Source of the DNA: Callorhinchus milii | Lineage: Eukaryota | Reading direction: 5' to 3' | NCBI RefSeq assembly: GCF_018977255.1 | Contig: NW_024704742.1 | Span: forward strand, 137,394,001 to 137,458,000 | Length of the DNA stretch: 64,000 nt | Shown: positions 25,441 to 38,133 of the stretch, one piece after another | Position numbering within the stretch: the first letter of the stretch is position 1 | Layout: every line of letters begins with the position of its first letter | Notes under the pieces: model-generated | What the model saw: only the letters and a program-made list of their open reading frames with translations | Told to the model about the DNA's origin: nothing | Databases searched by the model: none | Program-made: the position numbers and the translations under genes

Positions 25441-25770
25441 ACAATAATAACAAATTACATTTGTCGGGAGGACGTTTCAAGCTGCTAGACAGTCGGGGAT
25501 TTGGACCTGAGCAGGGGGTTGGAATCAGGAGGGGTAGAGGGAAGGGTGTGTAAGGGTAGGAGGGTGACTGGAGGTACATTCGAAGAGGAGGTTCTTGAGG
25601 CAAGGGAGTGGTTGAGGTAAAAGGACTGTGGGATGGAGTTCCAAAGGGTGGGGGCAGTGAGGCTGAAAGCCCGACCACTGATGATGGGGTGTGCCGGGCG
25701 GGGTGTGGAGCAGGCTGGAATCCGCTGAGCGGACAGGTGTAAAAGGCGCTATACAAATGTAATTTGTTGT
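25441..25770 (-). mobile_element. L2 3' fragment with tail sequence at both ends
   Basis: L2 3' UTR/tail motifs; see findings. Confidence 0.75.
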
Positions 25771-26581
25771 TCTTGAAGTTGTTAAATGCAAATTCAAATG
25801 TGTTGGTTCTAAATGCAAAATCCTTTAAATGCACTAATTTGGTTTTGCATTTGTGCAATCACAACACTTTAATTTGCATTCAAATATGTGTGTCCACATT
25901 GATCCCAAATGTGCAGCTTCAAGAGATTTCCACTGAGATGTTTCAGTGCTGAAGAACTCTTGCTTAATATCGAATTGTTCCTCACAGCTCATCCCTCTAA
26001 CACTGGAGAACATCTCTCCTCTACGCTCTCTAGGTCCTTTGCAGGCCCTCCATACCATGACGACCAGCACTACCCATGTCAGTTGCCCAAATTTATCCAT
26101 TTTGGGGAGTCAATTGGCTGAAAATGCAAGGATCAGAGTCTCCTATTCAGCAAGTGGAGTCGGTATTAAGAGGCAAGCACACATCCAAAATACCCAGGCA
26201 GAGGCATGGCAGCTTTCCATCAACAACTGATGGATTTCTCTGGAAATATCCACAAACAGCAACTCCAGGGATATTGAAAGGCATCAGGTTTGTCCAAATA
26301 CAAGTTACAACATCTCAATAGGCAGGAAGGTATCACTTTTAAGATATATTTACAGCAGGTACAGACACATGGAGAGGAAAGAAGCCCAATGCCTCAAGAA
26401 TTCCTTCAGCTTTTGGGGTCCGAAGAAGGAAAAACACTTTGGGTCCAGAGCTGAAAAGTGCCCCCGCTCCCCGCATCTTAAACCCCAGCTTTAGTTCCTT
26501 GTTGGCGTTATAACAAAGCATCAGAAATTCCAGAACAAGCAGAACTCAAAAGAATGCAAACCAGGGCTACACTTTGAACAA

Positions 26582-26587
26582 TTTATT
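26582..26587 (-). terminator. Candidate poly(A) signal for the alternative last exon
   Basis: AATAAA on the minus strand with upstream TGTA motifs and a downstream U-rich tract (tttgcattcttttgagttctgcttgtt). Confidence 0.45.
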
Positions 26588-29500
26588 CGCGTTGATGTTG
26601 CAATTATTTTGACATTTCTGAATTGTACACGGTTTTGTTTTTTGGCAATACAGTACTTGGCAACCAATCCTGGAACACAACAAAGGCGAGCGAGGCGCTG
26701 CGAGGGTAATGATGGACACAAGGAACAGACCTACATGCTGGCGATCGGGAGACATGGCATTCCAACTGGATTGGTGGGATCTGAGAACCCAGGATTCGAG
26801 ATCACAGGAGCCTCAGGTTAAGATGAAGAATTCGAGGTTTGAAATTCCTCACAGTTTCAGGTGCGAGGTTGTAGTCTTAAAGGAAACTTAAGATCAAGTG
26901 GGATTCTTGAATTCAAATTCAGTCCGAATTTGGAAGCAGTTTCTCTACAGCTCTTCCAAAAAAATATTGGCTTCCAATTTAAAACAGAATTTATGAATTT
27001 CCTAAAAATTCTGCACAATCTTAACTTTTAGTAAGACAATTTCAGGCTGGCTCAGTGACTGCTCCCCACTCCCTCGGAGACAGAGTTTCTCTTAAAATCA
27101 GTATCATATTTGCTAACGCTGGTGACGGGGAGGGTCCGGGCGAGGGGTAAAACCACGACGGTTCGATAAAACACTGATTCTGTTTTGATCAAAGTCAATT
27201 GAATATTAAAACATTATAAAAACCGACCCTCCGGTCAGTATCTTGTCCCATTCTTTACGTTTGCAGTTTGAGTCAGTATGGCCGTTAGTCAGACTTAGAA
27301 TCATTGCACTGCCAAGGAGACACTGCACCTAAATGTACCCTGTCCCCCAGCTGAAACCAGCTAACTGCCCAGAGCAGGAAAGGAAATCAAAGCTGTCTGT
27401 TTGGCTTTAGCTAAGTGCTGGTTGAACTCAGTGAGACATCAGGGACCTTGAAGTGGGGGAGGCAGGGGTGGGGGGGAATGTGGTCGCGGAGAAGAGAGAT
27501 TGTAAACAAATTTGCAAATAAGATCACCTATCGGGAAGTGCTGAGATATTGATCCACTCAATCATTTAACAATGTGCAAGGTCAGTTTGAGCCATCGCCA
27601 CGCCAATTCAACAAGATGCCTCTAAGCAGATAGTCGTGTCGCCCAGTTTGCTGTTGGGGTGGGGACTAGAACGAAGAGAAGGGTGTTAAGGCTCTGCAGG
27701 ATCCCACCCACTGCCTTCAGTTCTCAAGGGTTCCTCTCTCTCCTCCCTCTCCTCCCCCTCTCCTCTGCTGCAGCCCCCAAGATAACCTCAGAAAGGCACA
27801 CTCAGCCTTGAGCAGTTTAAAAATAGTGCTGCGAATAGTGAGCAGTCAGCCAAACAACTACACAGGCTACAGTCAATACTACACTGATCAGTCACCACCT
27901 CTATGAGAATATAAAGTTAACCACATGGGAGGTGGACAGAGGTTAACCAATTTCCTCCTCTCAACTTGTATCTAAAGCGACTCTCTCTCTCTCTCTCTAC
28001 TGTGGATTAAATGCCCGGAAAGCCTGGCTGATTTGTTTTAAACCCGACCCCAAGCCAGAGACCCTATGTAACCCTGGCTGAGATCGGCTCCTAATGCATA
28101 GATAGAGACCTGGGATCTGCTCCTCACCTGTCATGCAAACTGAGCCAGCCAGGACTGGGAAAACCAGGCATTTCAGAAAGGTTAGCCTAACTGGAATATA
28201 ACCACACCATCCAACATTAAAAAAAATCAATTGGCAAAAACAGAGTCGTAGGTGCTGGTTCTCGTGTCCACCTCAATAAAAAATCAAGTTAGTTCCTTTC
28301 CTTTTTAAAAAAAACAAGTTCCATCATAAATACTGGGTTTATAGTGTTTGTGCAAATGCTCCCTCACTGTTCAGTGCTACCAGCAGTTTCAGTAATGGTT
28401 TAATGCCACATATTCCTCTCCCCATTCTACTTGGACTGTTATTTGTTTACGGTTTGTTCAAGAGTCTCGCTCCCCACCCACCCACCCACCCACCCAGAGT
28501 ACACAGTTGTGACTGTCCACCTGCGATAGCATTGCGTCAAATTCCAAAATCATTCACAACAGGTTGTTTGTGTTCTCAGTATATGCAACACACAATTTGC
28601 CCAGAAAAGCTGGAGATCGCTTGACATTGGGACCCTCTATTTCACAAAGAGTCGAAGCGATTTCCATCCCTGGCCCAGACTATTGATAGTTTGGCCACTT
28701 TCTGTTTTTTTTAATGGTGTGTGTGGTGGTGGAGGGGGTGGTATGTGATAATTATCATACTGTATATTTTGTTTCACCCACAAAGTATACAGTCAATTCA
28801 CTTTACGGTATAGTCTGTGAAGCGCTTTGAGATGTCTTGAAGACACGATAAGGCGCTATATCAAATGCAAGCATATTATCATTGACAATAATACCATATT
28901 GCACTTTAAGAGGCCAACTAGTCATATTGGCATTGTGGTGTGAGGAAATGACATAAGCCCCCTCTCCCCTCCCATACGTGGTCACATTGCTGGGCGGGGA
29001 AAGTATTTTAACTGTGTAGAAAGCTTGTGATTCTATAGAAATGACCAGAATAGTGTTGGGTGAGAAATAGGGTGGGGCGCGGAGGGGGAAGAGAAAGTGA
29101 GATTAAACGCAGTCGAGGGTCAGAACACCAACTGAAATATTACATCTAACTTTAACTGAAGGCAGGAGCTTGGAAGAGTCAGTGCAGGAATTGCACTCCT
29201 GAATTTCAGTCACACCAAGGCCAAACACAAAGCTGAGTTAACACAGAGGGTTTGATGCAGTGAATTACAACAGTTTCTAGAACATATCATGCCCCCAAAA
29301 AGTACAACCAACCGACCAGAGGCGGCGTCCCCCAGATACCATGTGAATTTTGCTTTTTCTTTTAAAAAATACAAGCAGCCACTTGACTGACCACAACCTG
29401 GGCGGTGGATTCCCTCCTTACACTCCTAAAGTTGCACTGCTGCCTGTGCACGGTACTTTATAAGTCGTTGAAACAATCCTTCAAATCCCCACCCACCCCA

Positions 29501-29645
29501 CTCCCCCACACTGCAATCACCCCCTCAAACCTACCCCCCACCCCACACACGCACACACACACAAAACCCTTGCCCCACCCCATCCTCCCTCGACCACACT
29601 AGTCAGTCCAGGTACAAGAATCCACTGATGGGCCGGGCCGATGGT

Positions 29646-30091
29646 TTAAAGATTGGAGCGATTTAGGTCATGATCAGAGGCATTCCCGTTGTCCTGAAAA
29701 CCAGCCGGTGGATTATTGTTGTTGAAAGGCGTCTGGAAAGCTTGCGTACTGTCAGCGTTTGGGTGGTTGTTGCCGTAAGGGGAGTGTGGCTGCTGGGGGC
29801 TGGCTGGTAACAGGCTTCCTGGTTGGGTGGGTGGGGGAGGAACCCTGGCTGGCCCTTTGGCCTCCTGCCCCTCCAGTGGCTGTTTGGCATCCTCGTCCGT
29901 GTCCATGCGGGTCAGCTTTTCCATCCACATGCGGAAACGCTCCTCCGTCTGCCGCTGCATCTCGGCAAAACAGTTCATAGCTTCCTCCAGCACATTGCCA
30001 ATACAGTTCCGCTCCCAGGAGATCCCGGTGTCCGGCAGGCCGGCCATTTGGGCGGTGTTGCCAGTCCCCTCGGCACGGTTGTTGGCGGCAG
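29646..30091 (-). CDS. ARK2N: Candidate alternative last coding exon of ARK2N
   Basis: Acceptor gtctttcaag|CT is in phase 1, matching the exon 2 donor. It opens 148 codons (AAANNRAEG...WERNCIGNVLEEAMNCFAEMQRQTEERFRMWMEKL...RSNL*). Non-repetitive, with coding-like composition. Confidence 0.7.
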
Positions 30092-30434
30092 CTTGAAAGA
30101 CATTGAGGCCATTTGATGAGAGCGATTACAACACACATCCCCCCAAAATAGACAGGAACTCTTTCGCTCCACATTACAAAAATTTCTCTTAAAAAAAAAA
30201 TCCCGGTAGAAAAAACATGGCGGACATGAATGTGGTATTCCTAAACTTATTCTGCTCCTTGTTTAAGACAGTTCATTGAAATGGGTTGTGAAATATCCCT
30301 CCCCGATTTCTGTTGTGCCTGAGGACATCAACCAGGCTCCTGTTGCTGCTGGAGGGCTTACTCACAGCGTAAGTTAGGCCCTGAGTAAGGTCGGAAAGGG
30401 TGCTTTCGGCACTTGCTAATCGGGAATCGAAAAT

Positions 30435-30830
30435 CAACAACAACTACAATAACAACTTGCATTTATATAGCACCCTTCAAGCGGGGCAGTGTCTCGGAAG
30501 ACTTGAAGTGGCGGAGCCTGACCCTGTGCTGGGGGGGAAGGGAGGAGGTGACTAAGCACGATCGAAGAAGAAGGTCTTCAGTCGTGATCTAAAAGCAGGT
30601 CAGAGGGATAAGGTGGTGCCAGGGAGTGAAGTGATTTGCAGATGAGTAATAGGATGCCTAATATCGTTCCGTTCTGTGATAGGGAGAAAGTGGAGCCTGG
30701 CAAGGACTGGTGTGATGAGGTACAAAGTTTAGTGTAGATGAGAATATGGGCGGCGGAGTTCTGAATCAGTTGTAGTTTGTGGGTAGTGAGCAGGGGAGAC
30801 CGGGCAAGGAGGTAACGAAGGCAGGGACGA
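30435..30830 (-). mobile_element. L2 LINE fragment
   Basis: HKLQLIQNSAAHIL remnant and an (aac)n/ttgcatttatatagc tail. Confidence 0.8.
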
Positions 30831-31558
30831 GGTTTCAGCTGGTAAAGGGATAAAAGTAACGTCTGGATGTTGTGTCCGCACATAAAGTCAGGGGGAAGAG
30901 AGAAAGCAAGTAAGATAAAATATTGTTTCCTAATCCTTAAATAACTGACATAATGAGTTTCGGAACACTGCAATTTTGACCTCCCCACATAAACTTTCTT
31001 TCAATAAAATTAACTTTCAGTTGAAAAACATTGCGGTGATAAGTCCCGAGCTGTCCTCACAATCCAAACAGTCAGATTAGAATTATCCACTTTCCTGGAG
31101 CGCAGTCTGTATCAATGTACAGTTTGTATCTTGAAGAATTAGCACTTGTGGTGAACTGAACTCAGACGTGGAAAGCCATATCAACTAAAGAACGTTAAAA
31201 CACCACCTCCGTGCCAGCTTTCTGAGATATTGAATTAACTGAGATCAGTGAAGAAACAGCAATAGAAACAGAATGTCACAGCACAGAAACAGTCAGCTCA
31301 GTTCATCCACTCGGTGCTGCTGTTTTTCTCCACATGAAACACCTAAATCTAATCCTTGCTTCCCCATAACATGTAATATTACTCCTCTTCAAGCATCTAA
31401 TTCCTTTTGGAAACAACTTACCAACTCTGCTTCAACAGATTTTTTTCTAACCTAATTCTTTCTGTGATTATCTTAAATTTGTGCCTCTTTTGGCTCACTG
31501 GTTGAATATTGCAAATTAATCTATTGCTATTTACCCTGTCCAGACTCTTCATAATTTG

Positions 31559-31855
31559 AGAGGATCTGGATTCGATTCCTTGGGCAAGTTTTCTTACTCC
31601 ATACACCTCTGTTTGCCGAGCAGTAAGTAGGAACCCGGTTATTAGTCAATTGGCAAATCGCTTTCCTGGGGCAATAATCTCTCAAAAAAAATTCAAATAA
31701 TTTGGTCAATCAATCCACGACTGTTTGTGGGACACTGCTGTGCACAATTGGCTGTTGTGTTTCACCCACAAAATATGCCATCAATTCACTTTACAATATA
31801 TTCTGTGAAGTGCTTTGAAACATCTCAATGACAGGTTATCAAATGCAAGGATAAT
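31559..31855 (+). mobile_element. 5'-truncated SINE, long form
   Basis: B box through tail. Confidence 0.85.
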
Positions 31856-32345
31856 CTCCATCAGGTCAGCCTCTAACCTCAATTCTAGCCCCAAAATATC
31901 CAATATCTCAAATCTCCATTGATAACTGAATCCCACTCACACCTGGTAACATCCCAATGAATCTACATCTTTCCAATGTCTTTTAGAACCTTCCTATAAT
32001 AGTGCCAAATCTATTGCTGGTGTTCACAAAGGCTTGTTACCCCGTTTTTTTCTCACAATGAATGTTTATTTCCTGTTGCAGATGAGTGGAGTGTAACAAT
32101 GTCTGATACCAGTAACTTCCTCTTCACTGACTCCATCCACATTACAGAAGATGTGGCACCGAACATGATAACGGATCATTATTTGCCATGAAAATGACGG
32201 CACTCACTCACACATCCCGACTTTGTGAAGACTCATTGCAGCACAGTGAAATTCACAACACCGCAGTCAGGCAAATTATAGGGCGTACAATCACCATCTG
32301 TGCAGACCAAGTCAGAACACGCTAACAATGACACTTTGGAGAGAG

Positions 32346-32748
32346 GTGTCACCTTGTCTCAGTTGGTAGCGCTCGTACATCTGAAGTCAGAAGATTGGGG
32401 GTTAAAGCCTTGTTTTAGAATTTTGAACTCAGAATCCAGGCTGATATTCCTTGGAGAACACCACATTACTGGAGGTGCAATCCTTTGGATGAGACATTAA
32501 ACTGAGGCCCTGAATGCCTGTTCAGGTGGATGTTACACTATTGCAAAGCAGAAGGGAGTCTCTCCCGTGTCCCAGCTAAAATCCTACAGATATATAATTG
32601 GTCACTCACGACCTGGCTGTTTGCTGCGCACAAATTGGCTGCTAAGTTTGCTAAAAATATACACTAACTACACTTGATAGAAAATCCTGGGAAGCATGTT
32701 GACATGTCCCCCTGACATGAAAGGTGCAACATCAAATGCAAGGATTAT
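32346..32748 (+). mobile_element. Older DeuSINE-type element (SacSINE/AmnSINE-like core); fragments also at ~18450-18690, 19780-20015, 36570-36775, 49130-49230, 53235-53350
   Basis: Different tRNA head (tctcagttggtagc..tctgaagtcagaag) and core taaactgaggccctg..tgcctgttcaggtgga...ctcccgtgtcc. Confidence 0.7.
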
Positions 32749-32976
32749 ATCCTGCTGAGATTTATACCCAGAAAACCACAGCATGGGCAGTCTAGAAGAT
32801 CAAATCAATTCTCAGGAGCTCCATGACTCCCTAACAACGTTGGATGCTCACCTACAAAATAGTTACAATAAACCCTGTGAAGCGATTTGAGAGGTCTTCC
32901 CAACATGAAACGTACGGTCATGTATGGAAAGGGGTAGGAGACAACCGTGTATGGTCATAGGTACCATTCTTTGTAG

Positions 32977-33232
32977 GTTACCTAGCAGTAAGTAAGAACC
33001 CAGTGCTAGTCGATTGGCAGATTACTTTTTCGGGGTAATAATCTCTCAAAGACAAAATTTTGGTAAATCAATCCAAGACTGTTTGTGGGAACATTGCTGT
33101 GTGCAATTGATTGCTGCGTTTCGCCCACAAAACACCCAGCCAATCCACTTTACAGTATATACTACGAAGCATTTTGAGACATCTCAATGACGTGATAAGG
33201 TGCTATATCAAATGCAAGGATTATTATTATTA
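32977..33232 (+). mobile_element. 5'-truncated SINE, long form
   Basis: Core and tail. Confidence 0.83.
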
Positions 33233-33284
33233 AAGATCCTACAAAAAGAGGAAAGATCACCCATTGTCCATAAATCCTTAATGG

Positions 33285-33925
33285 TGCAAAAAGCCATTGG
33301 AATCTTAGGTTTTATAAACAGGGGTACAGAATATAGAAGCAAAGATGTAATGCTAAATTTATATATATATATATATCTCATTAGTTAGACCACAGTTATC
33401 ATATTGTATCCAGTATTGGTCACCCCACTTCAGGAAAGATATCAAGGCAATAGATAAGTTGCAAAGATTAACTAAGATGATATCAGGGATGAGAGGTTTA
33501 GCCTATGAGCAAAAACTGGAGGAACTGGGACTTTTTCTGCAGGGACAAAGCAGGTTGAGGGTGACCTGGTAGAGGTCTTTAAAATTATGAGGGATATTGA
33601 TAGATTCAATGGGGAGAAAATTCCACTAGTTAGTGAGTCAGTAACTGGAAGGGATCAATTTTAAATAGTAAAGGAACAAATTGGAGAGGTTTGGAAAATG
33701 TTTTCAGGCAGAGTTGTTAGGAAATGGAATGCCCTGCCGGGAGCAGTGGTTGAGGCAAATCCATATTGGGCTTCAAGAGGGAATTAGGCAGATCTGTTAA
33801 ACAGAGTCAGATATAAGGGTGTGGGGATAGGGCAGATAGGTAAGACTGAAAGGATTGCTCTTGAGGGAGCCAACATGGACACAATGGCCGTAATGGCCTT
33901 ATTCAGTGCTGTAAATTTCTATGTT
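33285..33925 (+). mobile_element. CR1 3' fragment
   Basis: ILGFINRGTEYRSKDVMLNLY remnant followed by the CR1 3' region. Confidence 0.85.
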
Positions 33926-34974
33926 TTTCAAGGTCTCTTAATACTGTCCTCAGATCCACATGAGTCAGAGTTAAAGCTATACCTTACCCCAGGCAACAAT
34001 CTGAACTGTGGCCAAGGAACAACTGGTGCCAGCACAAATATCTGCAGAATGTTTAGAGCTCTCTGCTAGAAGCAATCCTAAATTCCTATTTCACATTGAT
34101 GGACAGTGAATGAGAATTCAAGATGGTCGAAGGAGAAATAGAACCAGTGCAGCTATGACAGGGAAAGTGCAGAAGAACGGAGATGAAAACAGGGAGAAAT
34201 TTTCCAATTACAAGAAATATGAGCAAAGTCATTTGAAGATGGAAAAAAAACGCCTGAAATGTGATAATTGAAGAGATTCTCATTAACATCTAAAGATGGA
34301 GCCCTGGGAGCCAAACTCCTTAAACCGTACAGTGTACAGCCACATCGAGCAATCGCTAAGGGACGATCACAGGTAATTATACAGTCAGTGGAATATGTAC
34401 AGGACACACCAAAAAATCAGCTGCCACATCAAGACCAGGTTTAAGTTATGCCTATAATTCCTGGATCCCTGTAGCTTTATAGAAAAACCATGAGCTTCCC
34501 ACCTCCACCGGTAACCAGTAATGTACAGCACTGCAGTATCTCCAACATCCAAAAGCCAAACGGGAGAGAAGCAGCAAGCCTCGTCTCAGATGATACAGAG
34601 AGTTAAAAATTTTCTTTCCCAAGTGTAGGCCAAGCCTTGGGCAGCATTTAAGGAAATCTCCCTATAGTTTACCCCCTTTTTTGGAACCTCGCACATCTCA
34701 CAAACCTGATCTCTTGAGTTTAGGCTCAGGGCTCTCTCAAACTGAGATGGTAAGCAATACAGCCACTTGGGCTGTCCTCTCTTACATGTGCCCATTTCCT
34801 TACCGTTCATCCAGTGATTTCGCTTAAAATTAATGCTGAAGGCAGATTTTAGTCAAAATGTAAGACATATTTTAAACCAAGAATTTTGTGGAGGAGCCGT
34901 GTGAGCAGGTGAGTTTCAGAAGGCACACACTCAGTGTCCGGTGTCTGAAATTCAACTCCACTATATCATATTGT

Positions 34975-35343
34975 GGAGTCTTGTAGCAGAGTGGGTAGGG
35001 CACTCGTCTCACAAGCGAGAGGATCCGGGTTCGATTCCCGGGCGGTGCGAAACCTTAGGCAAGTTTCCTTACTCCACACGTGTCTGTTTACCTAGCAGTA
35101 AGTAGGAACCCGATTGTTAGTCGATTGGTGAATCACTTTCTGGGGGTAACAACACTTTAAAAGTAAATAAATGCTTTGGTTACTCAATCACGACTGTTTG
35201 TGAGACACTGCTGCGCACAATTGGCTGCCGCGTTTCCCCCGCAAAATATAGTTGATTAATAATAATCCTTGCATTCACTTTAGAAAATATTCTGTGAAAT
35301 ACTTTGAGACATCTCAACAACGTGATAAGGTGCTATATCAAAT
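34975..35343 (+). mobile_element. tRNA-derived SINE, long form
   Basis: Head with B box ggttcgattcc, core and tail. Confidence 0.88.
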
Positions 35344-38133
35344 AGATGCATTAGTATGATCAGTGACCTCTCAGAAGAGCAAACACCTCGTCTGGTATCT
35401 CTCTCGCCTGTCACCACACTAACATTATTTGCTATGTTGAAACATTCACAGCTTTATCAACATCCAGTGTTATTTATAATCTGCAATGACCCCTGTTTTT
35501 CCTCGCTCCCCCTCCTACCCTATCAGAAGATACTGTTGCAACTCTATTCCTCCGTCATAACCTTGTGTAAAAATATCCAAACAAAGCATCACAATGATAA
35601 AACGTCAGTAACCAAAACCGGCTCCAACCTAAAAGCTCAGGAGGTTTTATAAACAATTATTAAATGAAGCTGAAAGGTTTCAAGGGCAAAACTCATGGAG
35701 ATCAGTTAATTGTATTTGATTCAGCATCTATATTACCAAATGTGGCAAAGTGCTTGAAAAGGAACTGGGCCATCAAGTGTAGTGACTATTTGTAGACAAG
35801 TGTGGCATCCATTTTGCATACCACCAAGTCCAACAAAGAATCATGGTGTGAATGACCAATTATAATAATAACCAATAAATGACCAATAAATTTGGTTGTT
35901 GGAAAAAAATTCCTATCTCTCTTCCAATGATGATGTAAATAACAACAAGAAATTACACTTGTATAGTGCCCTTCACATCGGAAAGGCGTCGCTTAACATC
36001 ACCTTAACAGGCACAAATGGGACCTTCAATGACAGCGTTCCCCAAATATTGAACTAGTGTCAGCCTAGACTGAGCGCACATCTCAAAGTGGACCTAGAAC
36101 CCAATACATCCAATCTAGAGGCGAGAGTGCAATACAGATACAAATGCGTAAACAAAAGGGTTATTATTTCACTCAGACAGCAATGATACCCTGAACACAA
36201 CCTCGCACTTTCACAATATTCAACTTAAAGACGGTGAGAAAAGGAAAAGACACACTTACATCCAATTACAAGTTACATCCTGTTTCACTACATTTCACAG
36301 CTAACTGCACAATGTGTCTAGACTGAGTTACACAAAAGACAAAGAATGCTGTAAAGTAGGAGCCCAAACTAACTGAGCGTAGGGGAGAGGGGTGTGAGAA
36401 GAGGGAACGGTGGGGAAGGGGAGGGAGAAACATATGGTTGAAAAAATATTTTAACCAAAACACTGATTGTCCAGCGCTTTGGGACGTCCTCCGGACGTGA
36501 AAGGTGCTCTGCAAATGTAATTTTGTTGTTGTTGCATTAGTATTCAACCACTTACAGGTTAGTAGCTTTCACTGTTCAGACACGGATTAAAAGACCCCAG
36601 AGTATGAATGGAAAAGAAGAGGCAGTTTCTCTCTGTCTAACAATGCATATAAATCGGCTGCTCTCCTCGTGGGTGTTTGACAACGGTTGTCACTTTTGTT
36701 ACAAAAGTGATCACTGTACTTGGCAGTAATTACTGTGGGGCGGGTTTGGGTATCTCCATGCGATAAAGCATTAAAAAAAACACATTTTTACTTTCTTTTG
36801 GGATCAATAATGTAAGACCTGGGTCATCATAATTGTTGTTTCTCTTTCATGAGGAAGCAACCAGACCAGTTAGCCTTTAAACCACCTATCCAGCTTTTGG
36901 TTAATACAATCTTCCTCCTAGTACGCTGCCCAACATTCCTGTGTGTGCGCGCGCGCGCGTGCGAGTGCTGGGGTGAGGGGATGAGAAGGGAGAAGGTAAG
37001 CAGGGTCTCCTTAGAGCTGAGCAGGTTCCAAAGTTACACGCTTGATAACAGAACGACGGAATCGACATTCAGTCTCGGTAGCCCAATCCCTGATTCAGGA
37101 GAGTCCGCAGTACTCCAGGAGTACTGTTGGTGACAGACCAGCCAACCTGGCTCATCAGCTGGACTTGGAGGAGCAGGGATGAGAACAGGGATTCTTCCCA
37201 AAGAAGGGACTAACTGAGCGTAGAGGGAGAGGGGACTGAGAAGAGAGATTCTTTCCACTTGGCTTCTATTAACCTCGCAAGCCAAAGTCCTAATAAGGAG
37301 CCAGACAAGCAACGGGAAGCTTGTGAGACAGTGTACATTTGTACAGTGCCTTTGACATTGGGAGGACATCCCAAGGCGCTAGTTAGCTCAAGTATTACCC
37401 CAACAAACACCACACCCTGGGGGTCGCCAGACTGTGCCAAACTGTATTCAATACTCTCTGGAATTAGGTAAACAGGGTGTGTCCCTGCAGGAAGAGAACG
37501 TGCATCCGTTCCAGACACATAAATTTCCATGTAACCAAACTCAGTCTGGTGTAGATATTCTTAAACTGGTGATGGGTTCTGCACTCATCAGCCATCCAGC
37601 TGACAAATGCAAATCATGGCTAATATTGGCCCTTCATCCAAAATTCCCATTAATTAGACTTCATCACACTGCTTGCTTTAAGAATTTAAGTATTTCAATG
37701 AAATGCTCAAAGTATTTTCAAGCACTGTGACACAATAAGGCTCTTACCAAATGCAGATTTATTATTTATTTTAAGCGCTCTGAAACGCCATCCGGCGTGG
37801 AGGGCGCTATATAAATCCAAGTTGTTGTTGTTATTTAGTTAACTGGAGCAAATTGTTTGCAATTCTAACTTTAAGGCTAGCGCAGTAAAAGGAAAGACCG
37901 ATCTCTCAATTAGTTCAGAATAAATAATGAAGCAAAAACTAGAGGAAGAAGAGAATTTTAAATGGAATCCGAGCGCATTAAACTGAATGCCGTGCACATA
38001 AATACTTAAACCCATTAGTAGGATGGTGGTGATCTGGAAGGAAACCCACTCATAGTGCTGGGCAGCATGCGACTCCCTCGCACCCTGCAAGATAGACTGA
38101 TTTCATGAGCTCTCTGGTCACCCATCACTCTCA

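Noticed and set aside
37108..37126. 19-bp palindrome cagtactcc-a-ggagtactg
   Set aside because: Isolated, and plausible by chance in 64 kb.
37585..37670. Box C (GTGATGA) and box D (CTGA) spacing on the minus strand
   Set aside because: No terminal stem or recognisable guide; snoRNA not supported.
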